A DNA stretch of 64,000 nt from a virus (lineage: Duplodnaviria > Caudoviricetes): positions 32,001 to 96,000 of IMG/VR virus record IMGVR_UViG_3300020577_002562. One strand, written 5' to 3'. Below are positions 17,795 through 26,723 of the stretch, in pieces; positions within the stretch are counted from its first letter, which is position 1; each line of letters opens with the position of its first letter. Made by a program: the position numbers and the translations under genes. The notes beneath the pieces were generated by a model that saw nothing but the letters and a program-made list of their open reading frames with translations, made no database searches and had not been told where the DNA came from.

Positions 17795-18273
17795 AACAGC
17801 TAGTCACGGCAAAGACCTACAAGCCTTTCACTAGAGCTGGTGGTCTGTATAGCTCCTGCACAGTCAAGGATGAAGCACGTTTGGTGTCGTGGTGTCAGAA
17901 CCTACAACTGCCGGTGGAAGAGGCAGAGAATGGTGAACTGCATGTCACCGTGATCTACAGTCCACAGCATTGTCCTCCCGACGCTACTCCGCTTCCGACC
18001 TCAGGTATGGCAACGGTGATCGGAGTAGATCTGTTTGGACCAGAGGGTGATACACTGGTCTTGCTGCTGCAAAGTGCATTTCTGGCCGAGTTGCACGACC
18101 GCTGGCGGGATCTTGGTTGCGTGCCAACCTTTCCTATGTACAGGCCACACATCACATTACAAAAGAACGTGCGCCAGTGTGATCTGGAGGGCTTCAATTC
18201 TCGAATCCAGTGCAGTCCACTGCTGACGGTAGAGTTATCTCCTGAAGTACTAGAGGACATCAAAGATGGGTAA
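17791..18273 (+). CDS. acb1: Acb1 (T4 gp57B)-like 2H phosphoesterase, putative anti-CBASS nuclease
   Basis: GLY..., HVTVIYS and YRPHITL (two HxT motifs), TLVLLLQS.FL..LH......G...F, matching the T4 57B/Acb1 pattern as recalled. Confidence 0.8.
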   Translation: MKQLVTAKTYKPFTRAGGLYSSCTVKDEARLVSWCQNLQLPVEEAENGELHVTVIYSPQHCPPDATPLPTSGMATVIGVDLFGPEGDTLVLLLQSAFLAELHDRWRDLGCVPTFPMYRPHITLQKNVRQCDLEGFNSRIQCSPLLTVELSPEVLEDIKDG

Positions 18274-18499
18274 TCCTTACGCTTACCGACCTCGTCCACA
18301 ATCCAAGTTCAACAGATACAGTGTCACTGTCCAGTACGCGGGCGAGATGAAAGAGTATGAGACAATGGCACAGACTGAAGCAGGTGCCAAAGCAAACGTA
18401 GCGTACCGTGTCGCCAAGGACTGGAATCTAGTGGTCAGTCTGGTACACGCTAAGATACGTTCAGGTGACATCGTGTTCACCATCAAACAAATCGGCTGA
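18266..18499 (+). CDS. hypothetical protein
   Basis: Short ORF overlapping the previous gene. Confidence 0.55.
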   Translation: MGNPYAYRPRPQSKFNRYSVTVQYAGEMKEYETMAQTEAGAKANVAYRVAKDWNLVVSLVHAKIRSGDIVFTIKQIG

Positions 18500-18567
18500 A
18501 TCAGCCCTACTCAAGCTCCAAACCTGATCGTTAGATCTACGGTGACTGCAATACAAGGAAGACGATC

Positions 18568-18978
18568 ATGGAAGCCGGAGCCAACTCTATCTTTCAGTGG
18601 GTGCTCTCTATGAACGCTGCAACGTGGACACTGCTGGTCCTGACGGTTGCTGGTCTAGCAGTTGCCTGGCGTGCTCAGACACGCGATGACTTCGACTTTG
18701 CTCGCATGCTGCTGGACAGCAACGGCAAACCCAGCGCCACGCGAATGGGAACGTTTGTGTGCTTGGCGGTCAGCACTTACGTCTTGATCTTGGCCTTCAT
18801 CAACGCCAAGGACAACGTCACCACCAATGTCCTCTATATGTTCGGCATCTACTTGGCAGTGTGGAGTGGTGCAAAAGTCATCGAGCGTGCCATTGACGCA
18901 TGGGTCTCGATCAAGGGAGGCAATCCACTTCCACCAGCGCCACAAGTACAAACGCCTCCCACTGCTGAAGACAAGTGA
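18568..18978 (+). CDS. membrane protein (possible holin)
   Basis: 3 TM segments; D.NGK.S.TR motif before TM2. Confidence 0.55.
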   Translation: MEAGANSIFQWVLSMNAATWTLLVLTVAGLAVAWRAQTRDDFDFARMLLDSNGKPSATRMGTFVCLAVSTYVLILAFINAKDNVTTNVLYMFGIYLAVWSGAKVIERAIDAWVSIKGGNPLPPAPQVQTPPTAEDK

Positions 18979-19469
18979 TGAAACGACTTGTGCAAAGACT
19001 AACTGCCACGAACGTTACTGATCTGACGATCAGGCGTTGGTACGATAAGTCTACGAGAAACTGGATCGTCACTCTACATGACTCTGATGACAATCAAGTA
19101 GGTGATAGCATTGTTGTCTATAGTCGCGGTGAAGCCTCGAACATCAAGAAAGACAATCCAGCGTTCAATGTACCCTCGGAGCCGGAAGACCGCTACGGCT
19201 TTTCCGTGCCTCAAGAGTTTAGGCCGGCGATGAGGGCGCTCGTCCGAACTGTAGACACAAATCCAGGTGATGTCCAAGTTTGGGACGTAAAGACCAGGTC
19301 GCTTAAGTTTCGCCTCTACTACAGCAGCGCCACGCTCTTCATCACACGCGATTCAGCAGGGGCAAGAGGAGTCTGCGGTGTGTTGCCAATTCTGCGTTGG
19401 ATGAAAGCGAAACTCGTGCGCCTGCGGTTGGGTACTCAAGAGCTAACTCTACGCAATCTTAAAGCTTGA
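18978..19469 (+). CDS. hypothetical protein with MKRLVQRLTA leader
   Basis: Coupled ORF. Confidence 0.6.
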   Translation: MKRLVQRLTATNVTDLTIRRWYDKSTRNWIVTLHDSDDNQVGDSIVVYSRGEASNIKKDNPAFNVPSEPEDRYGFSVPQEFRPAMRALVRTVDTNPGDVQVWDVKTRSLKFRLYYSSATLFITRDSAGARGVCGVLPILRWMKAKLVRLRLGTQELTLRNLKA

Positions 19470-19471
19470 CC

Positions 19472-20200
19472 ATGAAACGGCTTGCCAAACCTGTCACGTA
19501 TGCTCAGTACCGCCACGCTATCTTGGCTGCCACTGGCCAGGAAGTTGCGTGGTCTTTCTCTTTGCCTCCGCAACTGGTCAAGTTCGTAGCGACGATCAAA
19601 CAGGTGCTGAAGCAGATTGCTGACCAGACGGGCGCGGCAATCGCGGACATAGGTAGAGCACTGGCACACAAGCAGATGTTCGCAGTGCTGAAAGCAATCG
19701 GATTCAACCTGAAGAAGCTGTTGGATGGGTTTGGCAAGCTGATGGCATTGATGCGTCAAGGTCTGACTGACGTGTTCAGAGCACTTGAAGACAAAGGAGT
19801 GCTGAAGCACTTGGCAAGTGGTGCTCATCACGTAGATGAGTTCCTTGATCATCACCCAGTGTTGCGCAAACTGATCGGATCAGCATTGGCTGCGTTCTTG
19901 TTCTGGGTGTGGTTGAACATGGCTTTCGTTGGTGACCCGGCGTATGACTTTGACCTTAGCTCGGTAGTTGCCGCATTCTCTGGTCGGTACACCATCTACC
20001 AATTCTTTGCCAGCCCTGATGCCTTGACCACGTTCACGTTCTTGGCGGCGGGCTTCTTGGGCTTTGGAGTACAGTGGCTTGGAGCTACCATACCGAACCT
20101 CATTGTAGCGATGGTGGCTACAGGCTTCAAGATGTGGAAAGACTCCGCGCACAAGAAGCAACTGCAACCAGTGTTGAAGCTTACTAGGCTAACACCATGA
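19472..20200 (+). CDS. hypothetical protein with hydrophobic C-terminal half and MKRL leader
   Basis: Coupled ORF; amphipathic and hydrophobic helices. Confidence 0.65.
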   Translation: MKRLAKPVTYAQYRHAILAATGQEVAWSFSLPPQLVKFVATIKQVLKQIADQTGAAIADIGRALAHKQMFAVLKAIGFNLKKLLDGFGKLMALMRQGLTDVFRALEDKGVLKHLASGAHHVDEFLDHHPVLRKLIGSALAAFLFWVWLNMAFVGDPAYDFDLSSVVAAFSGRYTIYQFFASPDALTTFTFLAAGFLGFGVQWLGATIPNLIVAMVATGFKMWKDSAHKKQLQPVLKLTRLTP

Positions 20201-22119
20201 AACAACTGATGACTCTGGCAGCGAACATCTCCGATCTGGAACGTTTGGTACGTTTGCTGAAGAAGGCCAAAGACTCGTACTACAATGATGGTACGTTCTA
20301 CAGGGCAGAGCCGCGTGAGTTTCCTGCTGATCTGCGCCCAGACGGCCCACAGCTAATCACGGACAAGCGTTACGATAAGCTGGAAGACGCACTGCGAGAA
20401 CGCGACCCGACGAACAAGCTGTTGCGCAGCGTCGGTACTGCGTCAAGACAAAAGGTCAAGCTCCCGTTCTACATGGGCAGCTTGACCAAAGTACGTTCAG
20501 AGTCGGAAATCGTTGACTGGTCCGAAGAGTACCCAGGACCATGGGTCATCAGCGACAAGATCGATGGCATCAGCATTCTCTTGTCATACAAGAGCGACGC
20601 GGTGAAACTCTACACGAGAGGTGAAGCTACCTCTGGTATGGACATCACGCATCTGGCACCGCATCTCAAGTTGCCGAAGCTGAAGGGCACGTTTGCCTTG
20701 CGTGGCGAACTGGTGATGAGCAAGTCACGGTTCGACAGTAAGTGGGCGCAAGCATTCAAGAACCCTCGCAACATGGCGGCCGGCTTGGCGAATCGCAAAG
20801 ACGTACATGATGCAGTCAAAGACCTGACGGTCATGATCTACGAAGTGCTTGTGCCTCGCGTCAAACCATCGCGTGCTCTGAAGTGGGCCAAGTCCAAGGG
20901 ATTCACTGTTGTTCCGCACAAAGTCGTCACTGACATCGACGGAGACTATCTGCACCAGACGTTCATGCGTCGGCGTGCCGCAGGCAAGTACGAAGTTGAC
21001 GGTTTGGTGTTGGTTCAAGACCAGGTTCATCCGTTGAACAAGCAGCCGTATCCAGATTGGGGGCGTGCGTTCAAGAGCGAGTTGGCGGATGACGTTGCCA
21101 ATGCCACAGTCAAGAGCGTGGAGTGGAGACCTAGTCGTCACGGCTACCTGGTGCCGCTGATTCACGTTGAGCCGGTTAAGCTCAAGGGCGTGACTGTCAG
21201 CAAAGCCAGCGGTAAGAATGCAGGCTTCATCCGTGACAACAAGATCGGCACTGGTGCTGTAGTGAGGCTGCGCCGCAGCGGTGACGTGATCCCGGACGTG
21301 AAAGATGGCGACGTAATCAAGCCAGCACGCAAAGCGGCACTGCCACCCGCCACGTATCGCTGGCACTGGGACAGCGGTCAAGTCAACATCGTGCTGACTT
21401 CCAAGACGGAACAGAAGAACGCACCTGAAATTCAAGTGCAGGTGCTTGAGCACTTCTTCAAGACGTTGGGGGTTGAGCGGATCAAGGCAGCTACACTGAT
21501 GTTGTTCGTAGAACAGGGTTATCAGAATGTGATCCAGGTGCTGCGTTTGAGTCGTCGTCAGTTCACCAACATCGAAGGAGGGTCGGCCAAGGTGTTGGAT
21601 GCTGTGTACGATCAGCTGCAGGAGCGTCTGGCGGAAGTCGATCTACCGACGCTGATGGATGCATCGAACGTGTTTGGACGGGGCTTTGGTACACGTCGAT
21701 GCTCGGCCATCGTCAATGCATTGCCCAATATTCTGAAGCTCAGTGGTCGGGAAGACTTGCCGCAGCGCATCGACGAGATTGAGGGCTTCGACTTGAAGAC
21801 TGCTAGCGGCTTTGCCGCCAAGCTCCCTCTGTTCGTGAAGTGGCTTGCAAAGTCTGGTATCACACCGCGTGGGCCAAAGCGTGTACGTCCGGTTGGCAGC
21901 AAGCTGGACGGCCACCGTGTTCTGTTCACAGGTTTCCGTGATAGCGACTTGGAGAAGCGCATCGTTGCCAACGGGGGTCAGATTGCTAGTGGTGCTAGTA
22001 AGGCCACTATTCTGCTGGCGAAAGACCCTGGAGGCAACTCTGCCAAGTTGAATGCCGCACGGCAGCGTGGGATCAAGATCATGACGGCAGACCAGTTCAT
22101 TCGCAAGTACGGTATCTGA
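20197..22119 (+). CDS. ligA: NAD+-dependent DNA ligase
   Basis: YYN..D..YD domain Ia, MGSL, KIDG adenylation motif, RGE, NPRN.AAG, DGLV, AFK, SGDVIP, HhH, C-terminal BRCT (FTGFRD). Confidence 0.95.
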   Translation: MKQLMTLAANISDLERLVRLLKKAKDSYYNDGTFYRAEPREFPADLRPDGPQLITDKRYDKLEDALRERDPTNKLLRSVGTASRQKVKLPFYMGSLTKVRSESEIVDWSEEYPGPWVISDKIDGISILLSYKSDAVKLYTRGEATSGMDITHLAPHLKLPKLKGTFALRGELVMSKSRFDSKWAQAFKNPRNMAAGLANRKDVHDAVKDLTVMIYEVLVPRVKPSRALKWAKSKGFTVVPHKVVTDIDGDYLHQTFMRRRAAGKYEVDGLVLVQDQVHPLNKQPYPDWGRAFKSELADDVANATVKSVEWRPSRHGYLVPLIHVEPVKLKGVTVSKASGKNAGFIRDNKIGTGAVVRLRRSGDVIPDVKDGDVIKPARKAALPPATYRWHWDSGQVNIVLTSKTEQKNAPEIQVQVLEHFFKTLGVERIKAATLMLFVEQGYQNVIQVLRLSRRQFTNIEGGSAKVLDAVYDQLQERLAEVDLPTLMDASNVFGRGFGTRRCSAIVNALPNILKLSGREDLPQRIDEIEGFDLKTASGFAAKLPLFVKWLAKSGITPRGPKRVRPVGSKLDGHRVLFTGFRDSDLEKRIVANGGQIASGASKATILLAKDPGGNSAKLNAARQRGIKIMTADQFIRKYGI

Positions 22120-22121
22120 CC

Positions 22122-22204
22122 ATGAAACCGTCTACTAGCCGCATACAGCTTGGAAAATGTCCAAGAACGAAGCCCAAGAGTTCACGGAAGCCAACCTGAT
22201 ATAG
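22122..22204 (+). pseudogene. degenerate remnant of a leader-bearing ORF
   Basis: ATGAAA-C-CGTCTACTAGCCGCA reads MK-RLLAA if one base is removed; all frames close within about 30 codons. Confidence 0.3.
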
Positions 22205-22220
22205 ATAGGTAGAATCCATT

Positions 22221-23039
22221 ATGTCATATGTAGTAACGCGGAAGTTCACGTACTACTCGGCGAAGAACTCGCGGGAGCTGAATTTAACTCCAGGTGATGT
22301 GTTCAACTGCTCATTCAATGAGGCAACACGCTTCTATACCATTGAAGTACAAGGGGACATAAAGTATAGATTGACCGGCGTCGCATGGAAAACATTGTTA
22401 GAGCACTCTCAACCCGTCAAAACGGTTAAAGAGGGTGGTCTAGACTTAAAGTATCTGACTAGGTGGTGGGATTCGCTATCAAGCGCCGAACAACGGAGAG
22501 AACTTTCATTGATCCAGATGGTTCCAGAGTGGTTTACTACCGGAGCTTTTGGAAAGAAGATGCGATTATCATCCAAACCTTCGCTAGCGGGTATGTATGA
22601 TAGCCAAGCTGTATATGAAGGTGCTCCTAGAGTTTGGCTGAGACTGCGTAGACTGATGAAGAAACTACCACCAGTTCGCACAGTGTACAGAGTACAGGCC
22701 ATCTCAAGAACTGCTTTAGTGAGGACGTCAACTACAGTTACTCCGCTAAAGGATATGACCAGTTTCTCACTGTCACCCGACATAAAAGACACACTGTTGG
22801 CTATACTACCAAAAATGCGTGGCGGTCCCAAAGTTTTATTGACCGTTCGCGTTACTGATGAAAGCCAAGTCCTGTTTGACTACCGATGGGTACGAAGCGT
22901 ACTGAACTCGACTGTAGATCATCCTTGGCTGAATCAGATACGTAAAAGTTGGCGTGTGGTGTATCGCTCTTTTCTTCTTGAAGAAGAAATAGTCCTGTAC
23001 ACTCCAAAACCATTCCGAGCAAAGCTTATCCCTCTTTGA
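22221..23039 (+). CDS. putative ADP-ribosyltransferase (R-S-E class) with small N-terminal beta domain
   Basis: TVYR, TSFS and EEEIVL motifs in canonical order; visibly more AT-rich than its neighbours. Confidence 0.6.
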   Translation: MSYVVTRKFTYYSAKNSRELNLTPGDVFNCSFNEATRFYTIEVQGDIKYRLTGVAWKTLLEHSQPVKTVKEGGLDLKYLTRWWDSLSSAEQRRELSLIQMVPEWFTTGAFGKKMRLSSKPSLAGMYDSQAVYEGAPRVWLRLRRLMKKLPPVRTVYRVQAISRTALVRTSTTVTPLKDMTSFSLSPDIKDTLLAILPKMRGGPKVLLTVRVTDESQVLFDYRWVRSVLNSTVDHPWLNQIRKSWRVVYRSFLLEEEIVLYTPKPFRAKLIPL

Positions 23040-23477
23040 ATGATTGAAGACCCCATGACCGACATGACCGAAGCAATTGGCGTTGTGCATTACAAGAAGG
23101 GCTACAAGTACCAGTTGGTACAGGCTTTCAAGATCCAGACTACGGTGAAGCCTCCATTGGATGTGCATACCGACTGGATCGACTTGACCAAAGACGGCAT
23201 GCTGACGCTGGCTCCAGGTTATGCATGGAATGGACCGAATTGGCCTGCCATTGACACTGAGACTTTCCGGCGCGGGTCTCTGGTGCACGATGCTCTATAC
23301 CAACTGATCTCTGACATGAAGATCAGTACGTCCATGAGAGCGGAGGCTGATCACATGCTGAGAAGGGTCTGTATAGACTCTGGTATGTGGCCGCCGCGTG
23401 CTTGGTGGGTATGGACTGGAGTGCGAATTTTCGGCCGTAAGTACGCAACTGCCATCAATCCAACACTAGTGGCGTGA
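23040..23477 (+). CDS. DUF1353-like protein
   Basis: PGYAWNG....., SLVHDALYQ, R.EAD..L motifs. Confidence 0.7.
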   Translation: MIEDPMTDMTEAIGVVHYKKGYKYQLVQAFKIQTTVKPPLDVHTDWIDLTKDGMLTLAPGYAWNGPNWPAIDTETFRRGSLVHDALYQLISDMKISTSMRAEADHMLRRVCIDSGMWPPRAWWVWTGVRIFGRKYATAINPTLVA

Positions 23478-23479
23478 TC

Positions 23480-23947
23480 ATGCGCAAACTCCTTCAATTG
23501 GGAACTGCCACTGCATACGAGCCAGATAGTGAGCCTACTGGCGGCATCACGCAAAAACGAGTAGGTCAACCGGAGTGGTTGAGCAAGCACATCTACGTAG
23601 TCGATGAGATATGGTGCATGCCTGGTTGTCCTGACACGGCGATGCGCGTGTGCTACAACAAGTCCGACCAGTACGTAGGCGATGAAGACACAGGTCGCTA
23701 TCTGGCTCAACGAGGCATCGCCCCTGAACCGGCTGATCCGCAACACAGTGTCTGTTCCATTGGCTACTGCGAAAAGGACGGCAAGTGGTATGGATGGTCG
23801 CACCGTGCCATGTTCGGTTTCAAAGTCGGTGACCCACCATCTAGGCCCGGTGACTGTATCAGGCACGGACGAATTGTTGACGACACCTACGCAAAGCAAT
23901 GTGCTCGCCGATTCGCCCGATCAGTGAGTACAGTAATTTCACTCTGA
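23480..23947 (+). CDS. conserved phage hypothetical protein with MRKLLQLGTATA leader
   Basis: SIGY....KWYGWSHRA.FGF..GD motif. Confidence 0.65.
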   Translation: MRKLLQLGTATAYEPDSEPTGGITQKRVGQPEWLSKHIYVVDEIWCMPGCPDTAMRVCYNKSDQYVGDEDTGRYLAQRGIAPEPADPQHSVCSIGYCEKDGKWYGWSHRAMFGFKVGDPPSRPGDCIRHGRIVDDTYAKQCARRFARSVSTVISL

Positions 23948-24020
23948 TTGGTGTGCGTACACCGGATCCTCAATTTACTGTTGCCGCTTACTGGTATAGG
24001 AAAGCACGGAGTATTCCATC

Positions 24021-24548
24021 ATGGCAAAGACCTACACGATCCAGAATCTGGGTCAATCGATTGTTGCTCTCCCGGAGGGCGTGTTCTATCCGAACGTTCC
24101 TGGCCGTTCGGTTACCGTTGACTACGATCTGAGCGCCAAGGCTATTGCGGCCATGTCGAACGGCACAGTCAGCATTTCGCCAAAGCCGTCCACGGTGGCA
24201 GGCCCAGCACCTGATGCTGATGTGACCAACTCGGTAACCGTGTCGAGCAACACGGTAACGCCGAACTTGGATCTCGGTATGTACGTGACACCGGCTACAG
24301 CTATCGCAGCAAACCTGACGATTGCCAACCCGACGAACTCGTCGCAATCCAAGTACGCGGGCTTGAAGATGAACATTGCACTGCTTAAGGATGCGACTGG
24401 TGGCACGTACACCATCACGTATGGTTCGCAGTACAAAGGGACGACCCTTGGCTCGTTCGCTGCCACGGTCAGCGTCAAGTACCTGATCGAATTCACTTGT
24501 GACGGTACCAACTGGGTGCAGACCGGAATCTCGGCCGCGTACACATGA
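24021..24548 (+). CDS. putative virion decoration/fibre-tip protein
   Basis: T/S/A-rich; KDATGG.YTITYG...F.CDGTNW motif; GGAG RBS. Confidence 0.6.
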   Translation: MAKTYTIQNLGQSIVALPEGVFYPNVPGRSVTVDYDLSAKAIAAMSNGTVSISPKPSTVAGPAPDADVTNSVTVSSNTVTPNLDLGMYVTPATAIAANLTIANPTNSSQSKYAGLKMNIALLKDATGGTYTITYGSQYKGTTLGSFAATVSVKYLIEFTCDGTNWVQTGISAAYT

Positions 24549-24598
24549 TCTGACGTGCTGCTCTGATGGTCCTCACGAGGGGTCTAGTTCAGACGAAA

Positions 24599-24635
24599 AG
24601 AAGGGGCGGTGGAGAATTTCTCCACCGCCCCTTCT
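24599..24635. terminator. 37-bp palindrome (1-nt centre), bidirectional terminator between convergent units
   Basis: AGAAGGGGCGGTGGAGAA-T-TTCTCCACCGCCCCTTCT. Confidence 0.75.
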
Positions 24636-24674
24636 GCTTTGGTTCTCACGTTTTGCGCCGCCACCCCACCGTGC

Positions 24675-24935
24675 TCACTTCGGTTCGATCTTGATGCTGC
24701 CGTCAGTCTGCTCTACCAGTTTCACGGTAGCGGACCCACAACTTTCAGTTGCTATTTCATAGCCAGTGCTCGGTACTCGAAATTGCCCAGCACTTACGAA
24801 CGCTTCCCATTTTCGTGCCGCTGCCACCAGTTCACGGTAGACTTCCGCCGTCAGAGTGACGGGCCACGGGCATCCACATTCTGTCTGCGCATTGTACGTC
24901 AATGCAGCTTGTGTTTGTGGGCTGAACATTGTCAC
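24675..24935 (-). CDS. hypothetical protein
   Basis: Last ORF of the minus-strand unit. Confidence 0.55.
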   Translation of the reverse strand: MTMFSPQTQAALTYNAQTECGCPWPVTLTAEVYRELVAAARKWEAFVSAGQFRVPSTGYEIATESCGSATVKLVEQTDGSIKIEPK

Positions 24936-25885
24936 TCCATGTAGTAGCTGTACATCAGCTTGTGCAAAGTCTCCACATCCACCCGCGCACCAGCAGCGTT
25001 GTGGTGGCCCCCACCATCAAACAACTCGGCTAGCTTCACGCAATTGACACCGCCAGTGCCGGGAATGCCTCGAAAACTTAGTCGGACTCGCTCTTGCTCG
25101 AAATTGAATCCAAGAAAGAACTGGTACTCTGGGTGAGCTTGCAAGTATAGAGCCGCAGCATGCCCTAGGAGTGCTACCGGCATGTTGCACATGAAGCCCT
25201 TGTTCGATCCGATGCTGATCGGTATGCCATGCGCCCAGTGATTTTCCATCATGTCCAGACGGTACTCGTGAATCACTCGCCACCTGGTCAACGCATTACG
25301 AACACACTCATCACCATGAGGCCCCAGAAATTGCTTGCGCAGAAACTGGATGCGCTCAACGTCAGACTGCCCTCGCGTTTCGGCGTAGAAGCCAGCCTGG
25401 AATGCCGTCACATCTTCATGGAACGGATCGCGCCACGTATCGTAACGGCCCACAAGCTCGACGGCAAATGGCACTGGCTTGTAGCCTAAGACTGAACATA
25501 CGTGATCCCACGCTAATTCGGCGCTGCACTTTCCAGTATTGTGGCTGACCACGACTAGAGATACTATACTCTCAGGGGTCTGATTACTATCAGCCAGTTT
25601 CTCCAGCATTTCTTTAGTGCTTTGATGGTGATCGATCAACATCACGGCACCATTTGTCTCTTCACAGATCCTTAGAAGATCGCCCTCTCGGATGGACCAA
25701 TCCACCAGATAGACATGATCGGCCTTCTGGATCAGCGGTATCAAGCTTTCGACTGACCATTTGGTTCTGTCATAGTTGAAGTTGGCAAATGTGGTGTTTG
25801 GAGACAGCAACGACAGGACAGCAGCCCCCATCCACCCGTCCAAGTCGTTGTCATGTATCACCAGGTGATTATAGTGTTCCATCAT
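24932..25885 (-). CDS. DHH/DHHA1 phosphoesterase (NrnB-like)
   Basis: H.NDLDG, VD, IDHH, SA.LAW, YD.W, SFRG, GGGHHNAAG. Confidence 0.9.
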   Translation of the reverse strand: MMEHYNHLVIHDNDLDGWMGAAVLSLLSPNTTFANFNYDRTKWSVESLIPLIQKADHVYLVDWSIREGDLLRICEETNGAVMLIDHHQSTKEMLEKLADSNQTPESIVSLVVVSHNTGKCSAELAWDHVCSVLGYKPVPFAVELVGRYDTWRDPFHEDVTAFQAGFYAETRGQSDVERIQFLRKQFLGPHGDECVRNALTRWRVIHEYRLDMMENHWAHGIPISIGSNKGFMCNMPVALLGHAAALYLQAHPEYQFFLGFNFEQERVRLSFRGIPGTGGVNCVKLAELFDGGGHHNAAGARVDVETLHKLMYSYYME

Positions 25886-26069
25886 TAGCCTCTTGATTTG
25901 GCTTACTCGTATCTATTGTCAACCTCATGAGTAGGTCCGGATTACGTTGTAAGCCAGCAAGCACAGCAGCTACTTCATCGGACAAGTCCTCCTCACCTAC
26001 TTGAAATAGACTGTCAACTGCGTTGATAAGAATTGACTCTATGGACCTAGTCAATAACCCGGCACTCAT
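25869..26069 (-). CDS. hypothetical protein
   Basis: Short coupled ORF. Confidence 0.45.
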   Translation of the reverse strand: MSAGLLTRSIESILINAVDSLFQVGEEDLSDEVAAVLAGLQRNPDLLMRLTIDTSKPNQEANDGTL

Positions 26070-26723
26070 CTACAGTTCCCAGTCAAGTGTTACGAGCACC
26101 CGCTCGAAAAGCTCGTCTTGCGTTTCCGGCATCACCGGCAGCGTGACTATGGTGAGTGGTGTACGGACTACGTTCAACGTCTGCTGTCTAGCCCAACGGA
26201 AAGCATCCTTCAAGTTCAGATGGCGCTCCGCCACCTTCTCTTCCATGACATCACGCGACTCACGCGACTTGGCACGTTGTAGAACCACCTCTTCGGAGGG
26301 CTCCAACAGAATGATGGCATCGGGTATGATGGATTTCCTGACACCGCGAATGACCATCGAGATAATGTGAGATTGTGGCCCAGACCGACCGTACATCTGG
26401 TAGGCCAATGTGGACATGAAGAAACGGTCGCATACAACGTTGTACCCAGACTCAATGGTCGGACGGATCAGTCCATCTACGTGATCTTGCCGTGCTGCCA
26501 TAAACGCCAATAGTTCGGCGTCAGGTGAACTACGCACAGTCAGCAGTGCCTTGCGGATGTCTTCGGCGAACCTCGTGCCACCAGGCTCTCGCGTGAATAC
26601 TGTTTTGCGTAGTGGGTGCTCTTCAGGTAGCTTCAGCACCCAATCACGAAGTTGATTGATCAAGTACGTCTTGCCGCACAGATCGGGCCCCTCGAGCACG
26701 ATGAATTTCCCATTTGCACTCAT
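26070..26723 (-). CDS. tmk: thymidylate kinase
   Basis: FIVLEGPDLCGKT, TREPGGT, F.AAR..H, CDRF..ST.AYQ, PD. Confidence 0.93.
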   Translation of the reverse strand: MSANGKFIVLEGPDLCGKTYLINQLRDWVLKLPEEHPLRKTVFTREPGGTRFAEDIRKALLTVRSSPDAELLAFMAARQDHVDGLIRPTIESGYNVVCDRFFMSTLAYQMYGRSGPQSHIISMVIRGVRKSIIPDAIILLEPSEEVVLQRAKSRESRDVMEEKVAERHLNLKDAFRWARQQTLNVVRTPLTIVTLPVMPETQDELFERVLVTLDWEL

